64,000 bases of DNA from Candidatus Eiseniibacteriota bacterium (GTDB lineage Bacteria > Eisenbacteria > RBG-16-71-46 > DASYSL01): contig JANPEF010000091.1 of the NCBI GenBank assembly GCA_031431875.1, positions 1 to 64,000 of the forward strand. The letters are read 5' to 3'. The position numbers were made by a program, and so were the translations under genes. A model generated the notes under the pieces. The model worked only from the letters and a program-made list of their open reading frames with translations. It made no database searches and was not told the DNA's origin. Positions 22,099-31,539 of this stretch are shown piece after piece. Each line of letters begins with the position of its first letter. Positions within the stretch are counted from its first letter, which is position 1.

Positions 22099-22977
22099 TT
22101 AGTCGTTTGCCGGAATCTTCTCCTCCTGCTTGCTGCCCTTGATCACGGTGACCTTGGTCGGCTGCTCCGGCACGGGGGCCGTGGCCTGCACCGGACGGTC
22201 GCGATACTCGATGCGGGGCTTCGACGAGGCCGACGAGCGGGCGCGCGGCGCTGACGGGGCCGAGCCACCCAGCATCTCGCCCGTGCTGATCGAGGCGAGC
22301 TTGAGCGTGTCGGCATCCTCCGGATTGCGCAGCGTCAGGTGGATCTTGCCCTCGTGCATGGCCAGCGCCATGCGCTCGGCCGAGCTCGGATCGACCAGCA
22401 GCGTGATGGTCTGCAGTTCCGTGTTGGGCTTGTTCTGCTGGTCCTTTTGTTCGGTCTTCACACCGGCGGCGAGGACCTCGATGTTCTGCAGAATCGTGCG
22501 CGTGGTCGCATTCTGCGCGCCACCGGCCATGCGGTCGATGGTCACCAGGATGTCGACGCGGTCACCCGGCACGACGAATCCCGAGACCGAAGAAACGAGA
22601 TTCACGGTCACCGACGAGGCCCGGAGATTGGGGCGCACCATCATCGAGAGCCCGCCGCCGATGGTCGACAGCTTGCTCATGAGGACGGGTTCCTTCTCGG
22701 CGAGGAAGATCTTCGTCGTCTGGCCCACGACCGAGTCGAGGCTCGTGTAGGCGCCCGGAGGAACGCTGTCCTTCGGGTAGTTCACGACCTTGAGGAGGTT
22801 GCGTTCGAGCTTCGTGCCGAACGTCAGGTCGGCCGAGGCCACCACGACCGGACGCGTCTGGCGTGCGGTGACGTTGGCGGCGCTCTGCTGGTTGAGGTAG
22901 AAGAACACCACCGCCGAGGCCGCCAGGCCCAGGACGACGGCCAGGATGAGGAAGGGACCTCCCCGGTTCTGTGCCAC
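22099..22977 (-). CDS. cpaB: Flp pilus assembly protein CpaB/RcpC
   Basis: SAF domain VVVASADL, GFVVPGDRVDIL, ILQNIEVLA, LTLRN; GTG after GAGGAGG. Confidence 0.92.
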   Translation of the reverse strand: MAQNRGGPFLILAVVLGLAASAVVFFYLNQQSAANVTARQTRPVVVASADLTFGTKLERNLLKVVNYPKDSVPPGAYTSLDSVVGQTTKIFLAEKEPVLMSKLSTIGGGLSMMVRPNLRASSVTVNLVSSVSGFVVPGDRVDILVTIDRMAGGAQNATTRTILQNIEVLAAGVKTEQKDQQNKPNTELQTITLLVDPSSAERMALAMHEGKIHLTLRNPEDADTLKLASISTGEMLGGSAPSAPRARSSASSKPRIEYRDRPVQATAPVPEQPTKVTVIKGSKQEEKIPAND

Positions 22978-23052
22978 AGACAACCTCCTCGTACGCCGAA
23001 CCTCATGCTCGGCTCAAAACACCCCGCACGGCGGGATCGCGTTACGACGAAA

Positions 23053-23526
23053 TCAGAACGTCTCGGCCTTCATGACCGTCTCGGCATGCAGCGTCAGTGC
23101 CCCAGGGGACACGACGGCCGACCCCGACCCCGGGTTTGTCGGCAAGTCGCCCTGCAAAATCCAGCGAAAAGGCATCTCAGCCGTGGCGACGACGACTTTC
23201 GTGCCCGTTTCGTTTCCATTCGCATCCACGTAGCTCTCGTCCACGTTGCACGAAAGGACGGTCAGGTCGCCCGGCCTGATGCCGGTGCCAACCAGGAATT
23301 CGGTCATCCGCAGTTCGCCGTTGGCCGGGGCCGAGCCCTCGGCGCTCGTCACCGCGACCCGGGCCCCCTCGCGGGTGGCCTGGGCCAGAATGTTGTACTG
23401 GAACAGGGCGCGCCCGAACTCGGTGACCATGAACATGACCACGAGCAGCATGGGCAGGGTGAGCGCAAACTCGACGAGCGACTGCCCGTGGTCCTTCTTC
23501 ATGAACTGCGACTGGGGGCGCTTCAT
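23053..23526 (-). CDS. tadE: TadE-like pseudopilin
   Basis: GQSLVEFALTLP...ATREGARVA. Confidence 0.9.
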   Translation of the reverse strand: MKRPQSQFMKKDHGQSLVEFALTLPMLLVVMFMVTEFGRALFQYNILAQATREGARVAVTSAEGSAPANGELRMTEFLVGTGIRPGDLTVLSCNVDESYVDANGNETGTKVVVATAEMPFRWILQGDLPTNPGSGSAVVSPGALTLHAETVMKAETF

Positions 23527-24077
23527 GATCCACCTCGATACAGGAACTGGGCGACGACACCCAGGGCGATGGCCAACGCGTAGGGCATGTAGTCCTCGCG
23601 CTTAGCCTCGAGCTCGTCCGCCTTCGGCAGACGACCGGTCAGAACCGCAGTCTTGAGCAGGGCCCCGGTCCGGTTGAACAACCGCGGAAGGGAGCGCTGC
23701 CCCAGGCTGTACAGCACGACCAACACGCCGCCCATGGCGGCCGTGAACAGGCCGATCCAGAACACGTGCACGACGCCGAGCAGGGCTCCGAGCGCCGCCA
23801 TGAGTTTGACGTCACCCGCCCCCATGGCACCGAGCGCCATGAACAGCAGGAAGATCAGGAGCCCCAGAACCAGCCCCACCAGCGAGCCGGCGAGTCCCAT
23901 CCATCCCCCGACGATCCCGTTCAACGCCAGGGCCCCGAGGGCCAGCGGGAACGTGAGCAGGTTCGGGATGCGCCGCGAGTTCCAGTCGATCCCGGTCGCC
24001 ACCGCAACGGCAGCGAACGCAATCCACCAGCCCCAGGGCTGTGCACTCACAGGTGACCAGATCAGCGCGTCGAGCAA
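23523..24077 (-). CDS. cpaA: Prepilin peptidase CpaA/TadV (A24)
   Basis: IDWNSRRIPN, MGAGDVKLMAALG, MPYALAI. Confidence 0.92.
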   Translation of the reverse strand: MLDALIWSPVSAQPWGWWIAFAAVAVATGIDWNSRRIPNLLTFPLALGALALNGIVGGWMGLAGSLVGLVLGLLIFLLFMALGAMGAGDVKLMAALGALLGVVHVFWIGLFTAAMGGVLVVLYSLGQRSLPRLFNRTGALLKTAVLTGRLPKADELEAKREDYMPYALAIALGVVAQFLYRGGS

Positions 24078-24232
24078 CGGGACCCCACTGCGTCAGCGAC
24101 GGAGGAACACATCCCTGGGTTGAACCGCCCTGCGACCCCCCGGGCCGGGGTCGGGCTCGCAGGCCCGTCTCCCCGTCCGGAGTTCGTTCAAGAGCGCCCG
24201 AGGTCGAACGGGCGCCCGTCGGTGCCGTGAAG

Positions 24233-24400
24233 CTAGACGCTCGAGATCGCCGTGTTGATCTGCGTCCACACGTCGGCGATGACCGGTCCGAGCAGCGTCA
24301 GCGCCGCGATCGAGACGATCGACAGCAGAGCCGCGAGCAGCGCGTACTCGACGAGATCCTGGCCTTCTTCGCAGACGATGAAATTCTTGAGAGCCTTCAT
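24233..24400 (-). CDS. flp: Flp type IVc pilin
   Basis: MKALKNFIVCEEGQDLVEYALLAAL (G|xxxxEY Flp motif); RBS AAAGGAG. Confidence 0.95.
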   Translation of the reverse strand: MKALKNFIVCEEGQDLVEYALLAALLSIVSIAALTLLGPVIADVWTQINTAISSV

Positions 24401-24576
24401 GTTCGAACTCCTTTGGTCGGCCCCCGACTGGCACCGATGAGATCGGCAGCCGCCGGGGTGCCCTTGAGGCGAGAGCAACGGACACGGGGCCTCGCTGACA
24501 CTGGTTGGGTCGCAGCCCCTCGCGACCCGGCGCATCCTCCCAGCGGGGAAGCGTGCGTCAGGCAGCGTGTAGCATT

Positions 24577-24592
24577 TGCAAGGGCCGTGCCC
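24577..24592 (-). promoter_or_regulatory. Sigma54 promoter of the flp/tad operon
   Basis: Minus strand GGGCACGGCCCTTGCA, near-perfect match to TGGCACG-N4-TTGCW, ~180 bp upstream of the flp ATG. Confidence 0.8.
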
Positions 24593-25130
24593 GCCAGTCC
24601 GGCGAAGGGCCATTCCGATTCAAACCGTCCGAACTATATGGACAGGAACCGGTTGGCCGGAATCACACCCGCGTCGTGCAGACTGCCCACAGCGGGCAGG
24701 ATGCATCAATTTCGGGGGAGATTCCCCACCCAAGGGGCGAAAAAGCGCAAATCTTTTGCTGGGAGAGGTGTGAGACAAGAGGGTGCGTCGATGGTGAACA
24801 CGCAAGGTGTCGCGACCCGGACCCCGTCTCTCCGCAGGGACTTCAGTCCAGATTTGACGCTGATTCCGCGCCTTCCCTTCATGTCTTGCATGAAGGTGTG
24901 GGCAAGCTAGCAGGCTCTGCTTCGACTTGCAAGGGTCGCGATGGGCGGGAGGAGGGCCTCGACCTGGATCCGGATCGTCCGATTCATCGCCCACGAGCAT
25001 CGTGGGAATATTTTCCCGCCCAGACTGGAGTGGGGCGGAGGCGCCGGAGCGGCCCCGCAGCTCGTGGGGTTCGCGAGCACACCGCTTCCAGCGCCTGGGC
25101 AGGCACCGCATTCGTGCGGTTTGAGCGGAC

Positions 25131-26996
25131 CTAAGTTGCGCTTTGCCCGCGAGATGCCGCCCGAGGCGACTTTGCGGCTGGCTTCCGGGAGGGGGTCCGC
25201 GTCCCGGGTTTGGTCGCCTTCGGGGTCTCAGAGCGGCGGAATGCGTGGCTGATCGGCAGGCGGCGATCCCGGCCAAAGGCGCGCGGGGTCACCTTGATCC
25301 CGGGTGGCGACTGCCGGCGCTTGTACTCGTTCCCGTCGACCATGCGCACCACCCGGTCGACCAGGTCCGGCAGGATCCCCTCGGCCGCCAGGTCCTCGGG
25401 CGAGAGGTCCTGCTCGACGTAGGCCTCGAGGATCGGGTCGAGGACCGCGTACGGCGGCAGAGAATCCTCGTCGCGCTGATTCGGCCGCAACTCGGCCGTG
25501 GGCGGCCGGGTCAGCGTCGACTCGGGGATCGGCGCGGTCTCCCCCGCGCGCAGCGCCCGCTCGTTGCGCGTGCGGGCCAGCGCGTAGACCGCGGTCTTGG
25601 GCACGTCCTTGAGCACCGCAAAGCCGCCCGCCGTATCGCCGTACAGCGTGTTGTAGCCGACCGAGACCTCGCTCTTGTTCCCCGTGGTCAGCACCAGCCA
25701 GCCGAACTTGTTCGACAGCGCCATCAGCGTATTGCCGCGGATGCGGGCTTGCAGGTTCTCTTCCGTCACGTCGGCACGCCGGCCCTTGAACACGCCGGCG
25801 AGCGCCTTGTCGTAGGCCTCGGCCACGTCGGCGATCGGCACGGTCAGGCAACGGATCCCGAGGCGCTGCGCCAGGTCGGCGGCGTCCTCCTCGCTGCGCC
25901 GCGAGGTGAACTTCGACGGCATCGACACGCCGATCACGCGATCAGGGCCCAGCGCATCGACCGCCAGCGTGGCCGTCAGCGCCGAATCGATCCCGCCCGA
26001 GAGGCCCAGGACGACCGACTCGAAGCGATTCTTCACCACGTAGTCGCCGAGCCCGAGGACGAGAGCCTCGTGGAGTTCGTGCGGGCCGTCGAGCTGGGGC
26101 GCAATGCCCGGCGTGATGCGCGGCCGACGGCGGGTCGCACCCGCCCGCCGCGGCGGCAACTCGATGCGCCGCACCGGCAGCAGGCCGTGATCCTCGCCGC
26201 GCCAGGCGATGCCGTCGCGCCGCCGCGGATCGCGCAGCCGCGCCCGGAACACGGACTCGAGGTCGAGATCGGCGACGATCAGGTCCTCCTCGAACGCCCG
26301 CGCGCGAGCCAGGACGTCGCCGTGCTCGTCGAGGATGACCGAGCTGCCGTCGAACACCAGTTCGTCCTGGCCGCCCACCTGGTTGACGAAGGCGACGCAC
26401 GCCACGTTGTCCGCCGCCCGCGTGGCGAGCATGCGCTCGCGATCGCGCGTCTTGCCGCGGAAGTAGGGCGACGAGGAGAGCACCAGCAGCAGCTCCGCCC
26501 CGCCCTCGCCGGCCTGCGCCACCGCGGGCCCGTCGGGGTACCACACGTCCTCGCACACGTTGACGCCGAAGGTGACGTCGCCATAGCCGAACACCAGCGG
26601 CTCGCGCCCCGCCTGGAAGTAGCGCTTCTCGTCGAATACGGAATAGTTGGGCAGGTGGTGCTTCCGGTAGATGCCGCGCACCTCGCCGCCGGCGATGACG
26701 GCCGCGGCGTTGTAGACGTCATCGTCACGGTGGGCCACCCCGACGACCACGACCGAGCGGGTGACGTCCCCGGCCAGCGCGGCCAGCGCGCGACGGTTGG
26801 CGTCGATGAACTCGGAGCGCAGGAGCAGGTCCTCGGCCGGGTAGCCGGGGATGGTCTGCTCGGGGAAAGCGATGAGCTCGGCGCCGAGAGCCTCGGCACG
26901 GGTGATGGCGTCGCGGATCCGACGGAGATTGCCGTCGAAGTCACCGACCGTCGTGTTCACCTGCGCCAGGGCGATACGAAGCGTCCGCATGGTCAT
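25131..26996 (-). CDS. nadE: Glutamine-dependent NAD+ synthetase
   Basis: Nitrilase-like domain (FPE, LPNYSVFDEKRYF, VCEDVW) plus GLSGGIDS, ENLQARIRG, TGNKSE, EYKRRQSPPG; start 26996 or 26990. Confidence 0.95.
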   Translation of the reverse strand: MTMRTLRIALAQVNTTVGDFDGNLRRIRDAITRAEALGAELIAFPEQTIPGYPAEDLLLRSEFIDANRRALAALAGDVTRSVVVVGVAHRDDDVYNAAAVIAGGEVRGIYRKHHLPNYSVFDEKRYFQAGREPLVFGYGDVTFGVNVCEDVWYPDGPAVAQAGEGGAELLLVLSSSPYFRGKTRDRERMLATRAADNVACVAFVNQVGGQDELVFDGSSVILDEHGDVLARARAFEEDLIVADLDLESVFRARLRDPRRRDGIAWRGEDHGLLPVRRIELPPRRAGATRRRPRITPGIAPQLDGPHELHEALVLGLGDYVVKNRFESVVLGLSGGIDSALTATLAVDALGPDRVIGVSMPSKFTSRRSEEDAADLAQRLGIRCLTVPIADVAEAYDKALAGVFKGRRADVTEENLQARIRGNTLMALSNKFGWLVLTTGNKSEVSVGYNTLYGDTAGGFAVLKDVPKTAVYALARTRNERALRAGETAPIPESTLTRPPTAELRPNQRDEDSLPPYAVLDPILEAYVEQDLSPEDLAAEGILPDLVDRVVRMVDGNEYKRRQSPPGIKVTPRAFGRDRRLPISHAFRRSETPKATKPGTRTPSRKPAAKSPRAASRGQSAT

Positions 26997-27105
26997 GCTC
27001 CGCAGATTGCATCCGCCGCGCGGGGCCCCGATCTCGTTGCAGGACTTCCCGTTACCTACGGGAGAGCCCGGGCCCGCCCCCACTGTACCACGACGTCCCC
27101 CGGAC

Positions 27106-27140
27106 AATGAAAACGGGCCCGGAATTGCTTCCGGGCCCGT
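27106..27140 (-). terminator. Intrinsic terminator of the candidate sRNA
   Basis: ACGGGCCCGGAA-GCAA-TTCCGGGCCCGT (12-bp stem, GNRA loop) followed by TTTCATT. Confidence 0.8.
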
Positions 27141-27291
27141 GCGAGGACCGTGGGTGTGCCCTTCCGTCCTCCCTGACGAACCGCCTTCCGTGGCCCCGGC
27201 CTTCCCTGGTCGGGCGTGCTTGCGGGCTGGCAATCCCTGCCGTGTGACCCCTCGGTAGCTGCCTGTCCCCCCCTCAGGAGACGCTGGCAGA
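27106..27291 (-). ncRNA. Candidate CsrB/RsmZ-like small RNA (multiple GGA-loop hairpins)
   Basis: Lies between a sigma54 promoter (27302-27317) and a terminator (27106-27140); hairpins ggcaGGGATtgcc, ccAGGGAAgg, gccACGGAAggc, gtcAGGGAGgac, cctg-AGGGGGGGA-cagg, plus ACGGAAG; 5' end inferred. Confidence 0.65.
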
Positions 27292-27301
27292 GCATTGCAA
27301 T

Positions 27302-27317
27302 CGCAGGGTCCGTGCCA
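27302..27317 (-). promoter_or_regulatory. Sigma54 -24/-12 promoter driving the candidate sRNA
   Basis: Minus strand TGGCACGGACCCTGCG (TGGCACG, GG-N10-GC); IHF-like CAACGAGTTA at 27368-27377. Confidence 0.75.
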
Positions 27318-27535
27318 GTCGGGCGGGGCGCGAGCGGCGCGACGAAGCGCGGTCCCCAGGCTGCTCATAACTCGTTGCCACGAATGATGTTCGGATGTCG
27401 GCGGGGGTCGATTCGGGGGGCCGCGTCCGCAACGAAATCGGCGCCCGGGAAGTCCCGGACGCCGCGTCGTGCACGATGCGCGATCAATCGCCGCGCAAGA
27501 TGCAATCTTCGGAGGATGAACCGGAGGCTGACGAT

Positions 27536-28132
27536 CTACTCGAAGACGGCTTCCTTCGCGGTGACCACCGCGCGCAAGGTTGTCAGCTGGATATCGCCCT
27601 CCATCGGCGCGAGACCCACCCCCGAGTCCAGCACCAGCCGGATCCCGATCTGCGCTTCCTTCCCCGTGAACAGCTCGGCGAGTTCGGCGTCCCCGACGAC
27701 GATCGTCTCGATCGTGTCGGCCATCGCGCCATTGACCGTGAACGTGCCGACGACCGGCGTGCTGTCGGTGACGAAGGGGTCGGTGTCCGCCGGCGACAGG
27801 TACACGGCGATCCGCCCGGTGCCGGAGCCCGTCAGGTTGGTGATGATGGCGCCCACCTCGACCTGGACGTCGGTCACGGTGGAGACGTCATCGAGCCCGG
27901 GCAGCAGGTTGAGCCGTCGCGACTGGACAACGTCCACCGAGTCGGAGATCCCGGGCGGCACGGGGCCGTAGTGAGCGTTCTGCTCGTCGGCGGTGAGGAA
28001 GGTGAGCAGGTCGACGCGGACGATCAGGCTCTTGTCGCCGCAGCCGACGGCCACCATGGCGGTGAGAGCGCACGCGAGCAGGACGAAGCGCGCGGCCTTG
28101 TTCGGGCGCCGCGAACGGATGGTCGGGTTCAT
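27536..28132 (-). CDS. Hypothetical lipoprotein
   Basis: MNPTIRSRRPNKAARFVLLACALTAMVAVGC lipobox; ATG overlaps the upstream stop. Confidence 0.75.
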   Translation of the reverse strand: MNPTIRSRRPNKAARFVLLACALTAMVAVGCGDKSLIVRVDLLTFLTADEQNAHYGPVPPGISDSVDVVQSRRLNLLPGLDDVSTVTDVQVEVGAIITNLTGSGTGRIAVYLSPADTDPFVTDSTPVVGTFTVNGAMADTIETIVVGDAELAELFTGKEAQIGIRLVLDSGVGLAPMEGDIQLTTLRAVVTAKEAVFE

Positions 28133-29508
28133 TCGCTGCCTCCCGGGCCGTACAGCGCGAGCGATGCGGCCAGCTCGAGACCACGGTCGGTCGTGATGCC
28201 GCGGCTGTTGGTGGCCAGCGCGATGTCGAGCCCGATCGAGCCGAGCTTGATGCCGCTGCCGGCAGTGAACTGGAGCTGCTTGTACGTGTCGAGATAGACG
28301 CCGCCCCGCAGCGGCACCGCGAGGGCCCACGTCTCGAAGCCGGCGCGCGGGATCCAGCGCTCGTTCGAGGTGCGGTCGAGCGTGCCGCCGAACATCATCG
28401 GCCCCGTGCGGTAGGCCACGTTGAGGCTGCCGGTGACCGGGAACTTGCTCTTGTACTCGACGCCGCGCTCGAGCTCCTCGGTCGTCGTGTTGCCCGAGAC
28501 CGAGTCGTAGGCGATGCGCTTGAGGTCGGTGTTCTTCCACGTCATCGTGCTGCCCAGGTCGGTGACGCCGACACCGATCTCGATCTTGTCGACGAACACA
28601 GCCACGCCGAAGTCGCCGCCGACGCCGGTGCCGGCGCCGAACTTCGGGTCCGAGGCGTCGCGGATGTCCGCCTGGTAGGCGGCGTCGATCGGCGTGGTCG
28701 TGCCGAAGATGGTGTCCCCGGTGGCGAAGTTGCCGGCCGCGTCGGCGCGCCAGAAGGCGATCCCGCTCAGGTACTTGAGGCGCGCTCCGGCGTAGACGGC
28801 GAAGCCGCCGCGGCGCGGATCGCCCTCGGGCGCGTCGGGGGCGGTGACCAGCGGCAGCGCGGCGCCGGCGGTGAAGGCGATCGCGGTCTGGGCCTGCACT
28901 TCGTCGGTCGCGCCATAGACCGAGTTCGGTTGCACGGGCGCGGCCTCGCCCAGCACCTGCTGTAGCGCAGGATCGAGGTCGAGCGACATGCGGCCGTCGG
29001 TCTGCGGGCGCACACCGGCGAACACGTTGGGCGTGCCGAACTCGAGGTTCGGCGACTGCCACGAGACGCCGTAGCGGATCGATTCGTCGGGGAACAGGCG
29101 CTGCAGCTCGCCCAGGTCGACGGCGAGGCTGTTCTTCGAGATGTCGATGATGATGTCGCTCGACAGCTCCTCGGGCTCGATGAGCTGCAGCGTCCACGGC
29201 GATTGACCGAGCAGGTTCGCGATCTGGAACACGTTGAAGTTCGGGTTGTCGGGATCGAACTCGGGCGGATCGGCGAAGTACTGGATGATCCCGAGCGGCA
29301 GCGGAATCGCGTTGTAGCCGGCGAACGACTTGCCCGGCTTCGGCACCGCCCGGTACGCCACGTTCTGCGTGTTCGAGCCCGAGACCTCGGAGACGATGAT
29401 CCCGCCCATGCCGAGGCGGCGCGCGTCGAACGACTGCGCGCCGGCGGGGCCGGCGATCGCGGCGAGCGCGCCGAGTGCGATCCCGGCCGTCACGATGCGT
29501 TTGAGCAC
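28129..29508 (-). CDS. Putative outer-membrane beta-barrel protein (TraF/DUF5723-like)
   Basis: Signal peptide AGA|QSFDARRLGMGG, amphipathic beta-strands; GTG after GGAGG. Confidence 0.6.
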   Translation of the reverse strand: MLKRIVTAGIALGALAAIAGPAGAQSFDARRLGMGGIIVSEVSGSNTQNVAYRAVPKPGKSFAGYNAIPLPLGIIQYFADPPEFDPDNPNFNVFQIANLLGQSPWTLQLIEPEELSSDIIIDISKNSLAVDLGELQRLFPDESIRYGVSWQSPNLEFGTPNVFAGVRPQTDGRMSLDLDPALQQVLGEAAPVQPNSVYGATDEVQAQTAIAFTAGAALPLVTAPDAPEGDPRRGGFAVYAGARLKYLSGIAFWRADAAGNFATGDTIFGTTTPIDAAYQADIRDASDPKFGAGTGVGGDFGVAVFVDKIEIGVGVTDLGSTMTWKNTDLKRIAYDSVSGNTTTEELERGVEYKSKFPVTGSLNVAYRTGPMMFGGTLDRTSNERWIPRAGFETWALAVPLRGGVYLDTYKQLQFTAGSGIKLGSIGLDIALATNSRGITTDRGLELAASLALYGPGGSE

Positions 29509-29559
29509 GGCGATTCCTCCCTGGACCATTCCCCCGCGCTCCCTGCGCGGGGCGGCACT

Positions 29560-30099
29560 TCAGCGTCGGGCGCGCCGTTCGCGCTGTTCGCGCCGCAGCC
29601 CGGCGTCGAACTCACGAAGCGCCCGCCGATGCGAGCGAAACACCAGTTCCGGTCGATCGGCCGCGGCGAACCAGCCCGCGTCGTCGGCGTCGTCGCCGGC
29701 GACGAGGACTCCGCCGACCAGCCGCGCGCGATAGACCAGCAGGAGTACGGGGACGCCCGTGTCCGCGCCGGCGCGGTACGCGTTCTGCAGGCCGGTCAGC
29801 TCAATCTCGAGCCCGGTCTCCTCCAGAGCCTCGCGCACCGCGGTGGCCTCGGGCGACTCCCCGTACTCCATGAAGCCGGCGGGCAGGCCCCACCCCCCGG
29901 CCATCGGCTCGAATTTCCGGCGCACGAGGACGATCTGGTCCTCGCGCTCGAGAATCACGCCGACCGCCGGGGCGGGATTGCGATATGCAATGAACCCGCA
30001 GGTGGGGCAGGTGGGCCGCAGCACGCCGTGGTCGTCCGCGGAGACCAGGCGAGTGGCGCAGTAGGGGCAGAAGCGGGCCGGCTTCCGGGGCAGGGGCAT
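29560..30099 (-). CDS. NUDIX hydrolase with N-terminal zinc ribbon
   Basis: FCPYCA..CPTCG, Nudix box GFMEYGESPEATAVREALEETGL. Confidence 0.92.
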   Translation of the reverse strand: MPLPRKPARFCPYCATRLVSADDHGVLRPTCPTCGFIAYRNPAPAVGVILEREDQIVLVRRKFEPMAGGWGLPAGFMEYGESPEATAVREALEETGLEIELTGLQNAYRAGADTGVPVLLLVYRARLVGGVLVAGDDADDAGWFAAADRPELVFRSHRRALREFDAGLRREQRERRARR

Positions 30100-30120
30100 G
30101 ACGACCACCCTAGCAGACGC

Positions 30121-30152
30121 ACGAAGGGCCCCGATCGATTGCGATCGGAGCC
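30121..30152 (-). terminator. Hairpin downstream of the PDZ gene
   Basis: GGGCTCCGATCG-CAAT-CGATCGGGGCCC followed by TTCGT. Confidence 0.5.
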
Positions 30153-30204
30153 CCTCACCCGGGCCTCGCTTGCGGCGGCCGCCGCGGGTGCCGCGGCTGG
30201 TCGC

Positions 30205-31401
30205 TCAGTCGTCGTCGTGGTCGCGCTCGTCGTCGCGCTCGTCGCGCAGGTCGCGCATGAGTTCGCGCATCTCCTCGCGCAGCTCGCGCATTTCCTGCTC
30301 AAACTCGGCGCGCTCCCTGGGGTCCATGTCCTCGAGGTCGTCGAGGTCGCGGAAGATGCGGACGTGGCCGTCGATGCCCTTGCCGTCGTACCACTTCATG
30401 CCCCTGAGCTTGCTCTTGAGTTTGTCGAGGTCGCCGTCGTCCATGCCGCGGAAGTGGAACTGGTGCGACATGCCGGGCGCGTCGTCATCACCGTCCATCC
30501 AGCCCATCCACGGGCCGTTGCCCGGGCCACCCTGCCCGTTCCAGCCCTGGGCCTCCTCGAGCCGGACCGTCACCGCGCGCGCCGTGCCGGCGCGCAGCAC
30601 GCGCAGCTCGACGTCGCCGGCCTCGCGATCGCGCAGCACGCTACGCAGCTCGTCGCCGTCGGTGACCGACTTGCCGCCGACCGTCGTGATCACGTCGCCG
30701 GCCTTGAGCCCGGCGCGATCCGCCGGCGTGTCGTCGAGCACGCGCAGCACCAGCACGCCCGCATCCTTCGTGGTCTTGAAGTACGGCGCGAGGTCCGCGT
30801 CGATATCGTGCGTCTCGATGCCGAGGCGGCCGCGACCGTTCAGCGTGAACGCCTGCATTCCGGGGGTCGGGACCGGGGCGACGCGCATGGCACGGGGCGC
30901 GCGAGGAGTCCGCGGAGCGCGGGGCGCGACCGGTGGCGCGGCGTACCAGCGATCGCCTTTCTCGTCACGCGCGGTCGCCAGGTCGGCGATCTCGGCGCGG
31001 CCGAGGTTGCGCGTGTCGCCGTCGCGCACGACGGTCACGGTGACGAGCGTGCCGGGACGCATGGCGCGGATCTTCGTCGTGACCTGGTCGGCGCTCGACA
31101 CCGCATCGTCGTCGAGGCGCAGCAGGATGTCGCCCTCGCGGATGCCCGCCTTCGCGGCCGGGCTGCCCGGGACCACGTCCGAGACCAGCACGCCGCTGCC
31201 CTTGTAGTCGTAGGACTCGCGGAGACCCGAGGTCAGGTCCTGCAGCGAGACGCCGAGGAAGCCCCGTTCGCCCGAGGTCGAGCGCTGGGCGCTGGCCTCG
31301 CGTGGCGCATGCGCGACGACCCCGCCGACGAGAACGGCCAAGGCGAGGGCGAACAGGGCGGCCGGGCGAAGCCGGGGGCGTGAACTGCCGTGACGATCCA
31401 T
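30205..31401 (-). CDS. Exported tandem-PDZ domain protein
   Basis: Signal/TM segment; two PDZ domains (GFLGVSLQDL..SPAAKAGI; GRLGIET..TPADRAGLKAGD); no protease domain; charged helical tail. Confidence 0.85.
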   Translation of the reverse strand: MDRHGSSRPRLRPAALFALALAVLVGGVVAHAPREASAQRSTSGERGFLGVSLQDLTSGLRESYDYKGSGVLVSDVVPGSPAAKAGIREGDILLRLDDDAVSSADQVTTKIRAMRPGTLVTVTVVRDGDTRNLGRAEIADLATARDEKGDRWYAAPPVAPRAPRTPRAPRAMRVAPVPTPGMQAFTLNGRGRLGIETHDIDADLAPYFKTTKDAGVLVLRVLDDTPADRAGLKAGDVITTVGGKSVTDGDELRSVLRDREAGDVELRVLRAGTARAVTVRLEEAQGWNGQGGPGNGPWMGWMDGDDDAPGMSHQFHFRGMDDGDLDKLKSKLRGMKWYDGKGIDGHVRIFRDLDDLEDMDPRERAEFEQEMRELREEMRELMRDLRDERDDERDHDDD

Positions 31402-31539
31402 GGGTCTCTCCTTGCGGTCGAGAAGCGGGACGAGGGGGTCGTTCTCGGACCCTTCGATACAAGTTGAGGCGCACAGGGTTGAAAGCCGGCCCGCGGACGG
31501 ATAGCCTGCGCCTGTGAGCCCCGCCCCGGCGTCAACATC

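Noticed and set aside
24401..24570. c-di-GMP riboswitch in the flp leader
   Set aside because: Hairpins are present but I could not find the GEMM consensus elements.
27285..27299. Plus-strand sigma54-like TGGCAGAGCATTGCA
   Set aside because: GG-to-GC spacing is 9 rather than the required 10.
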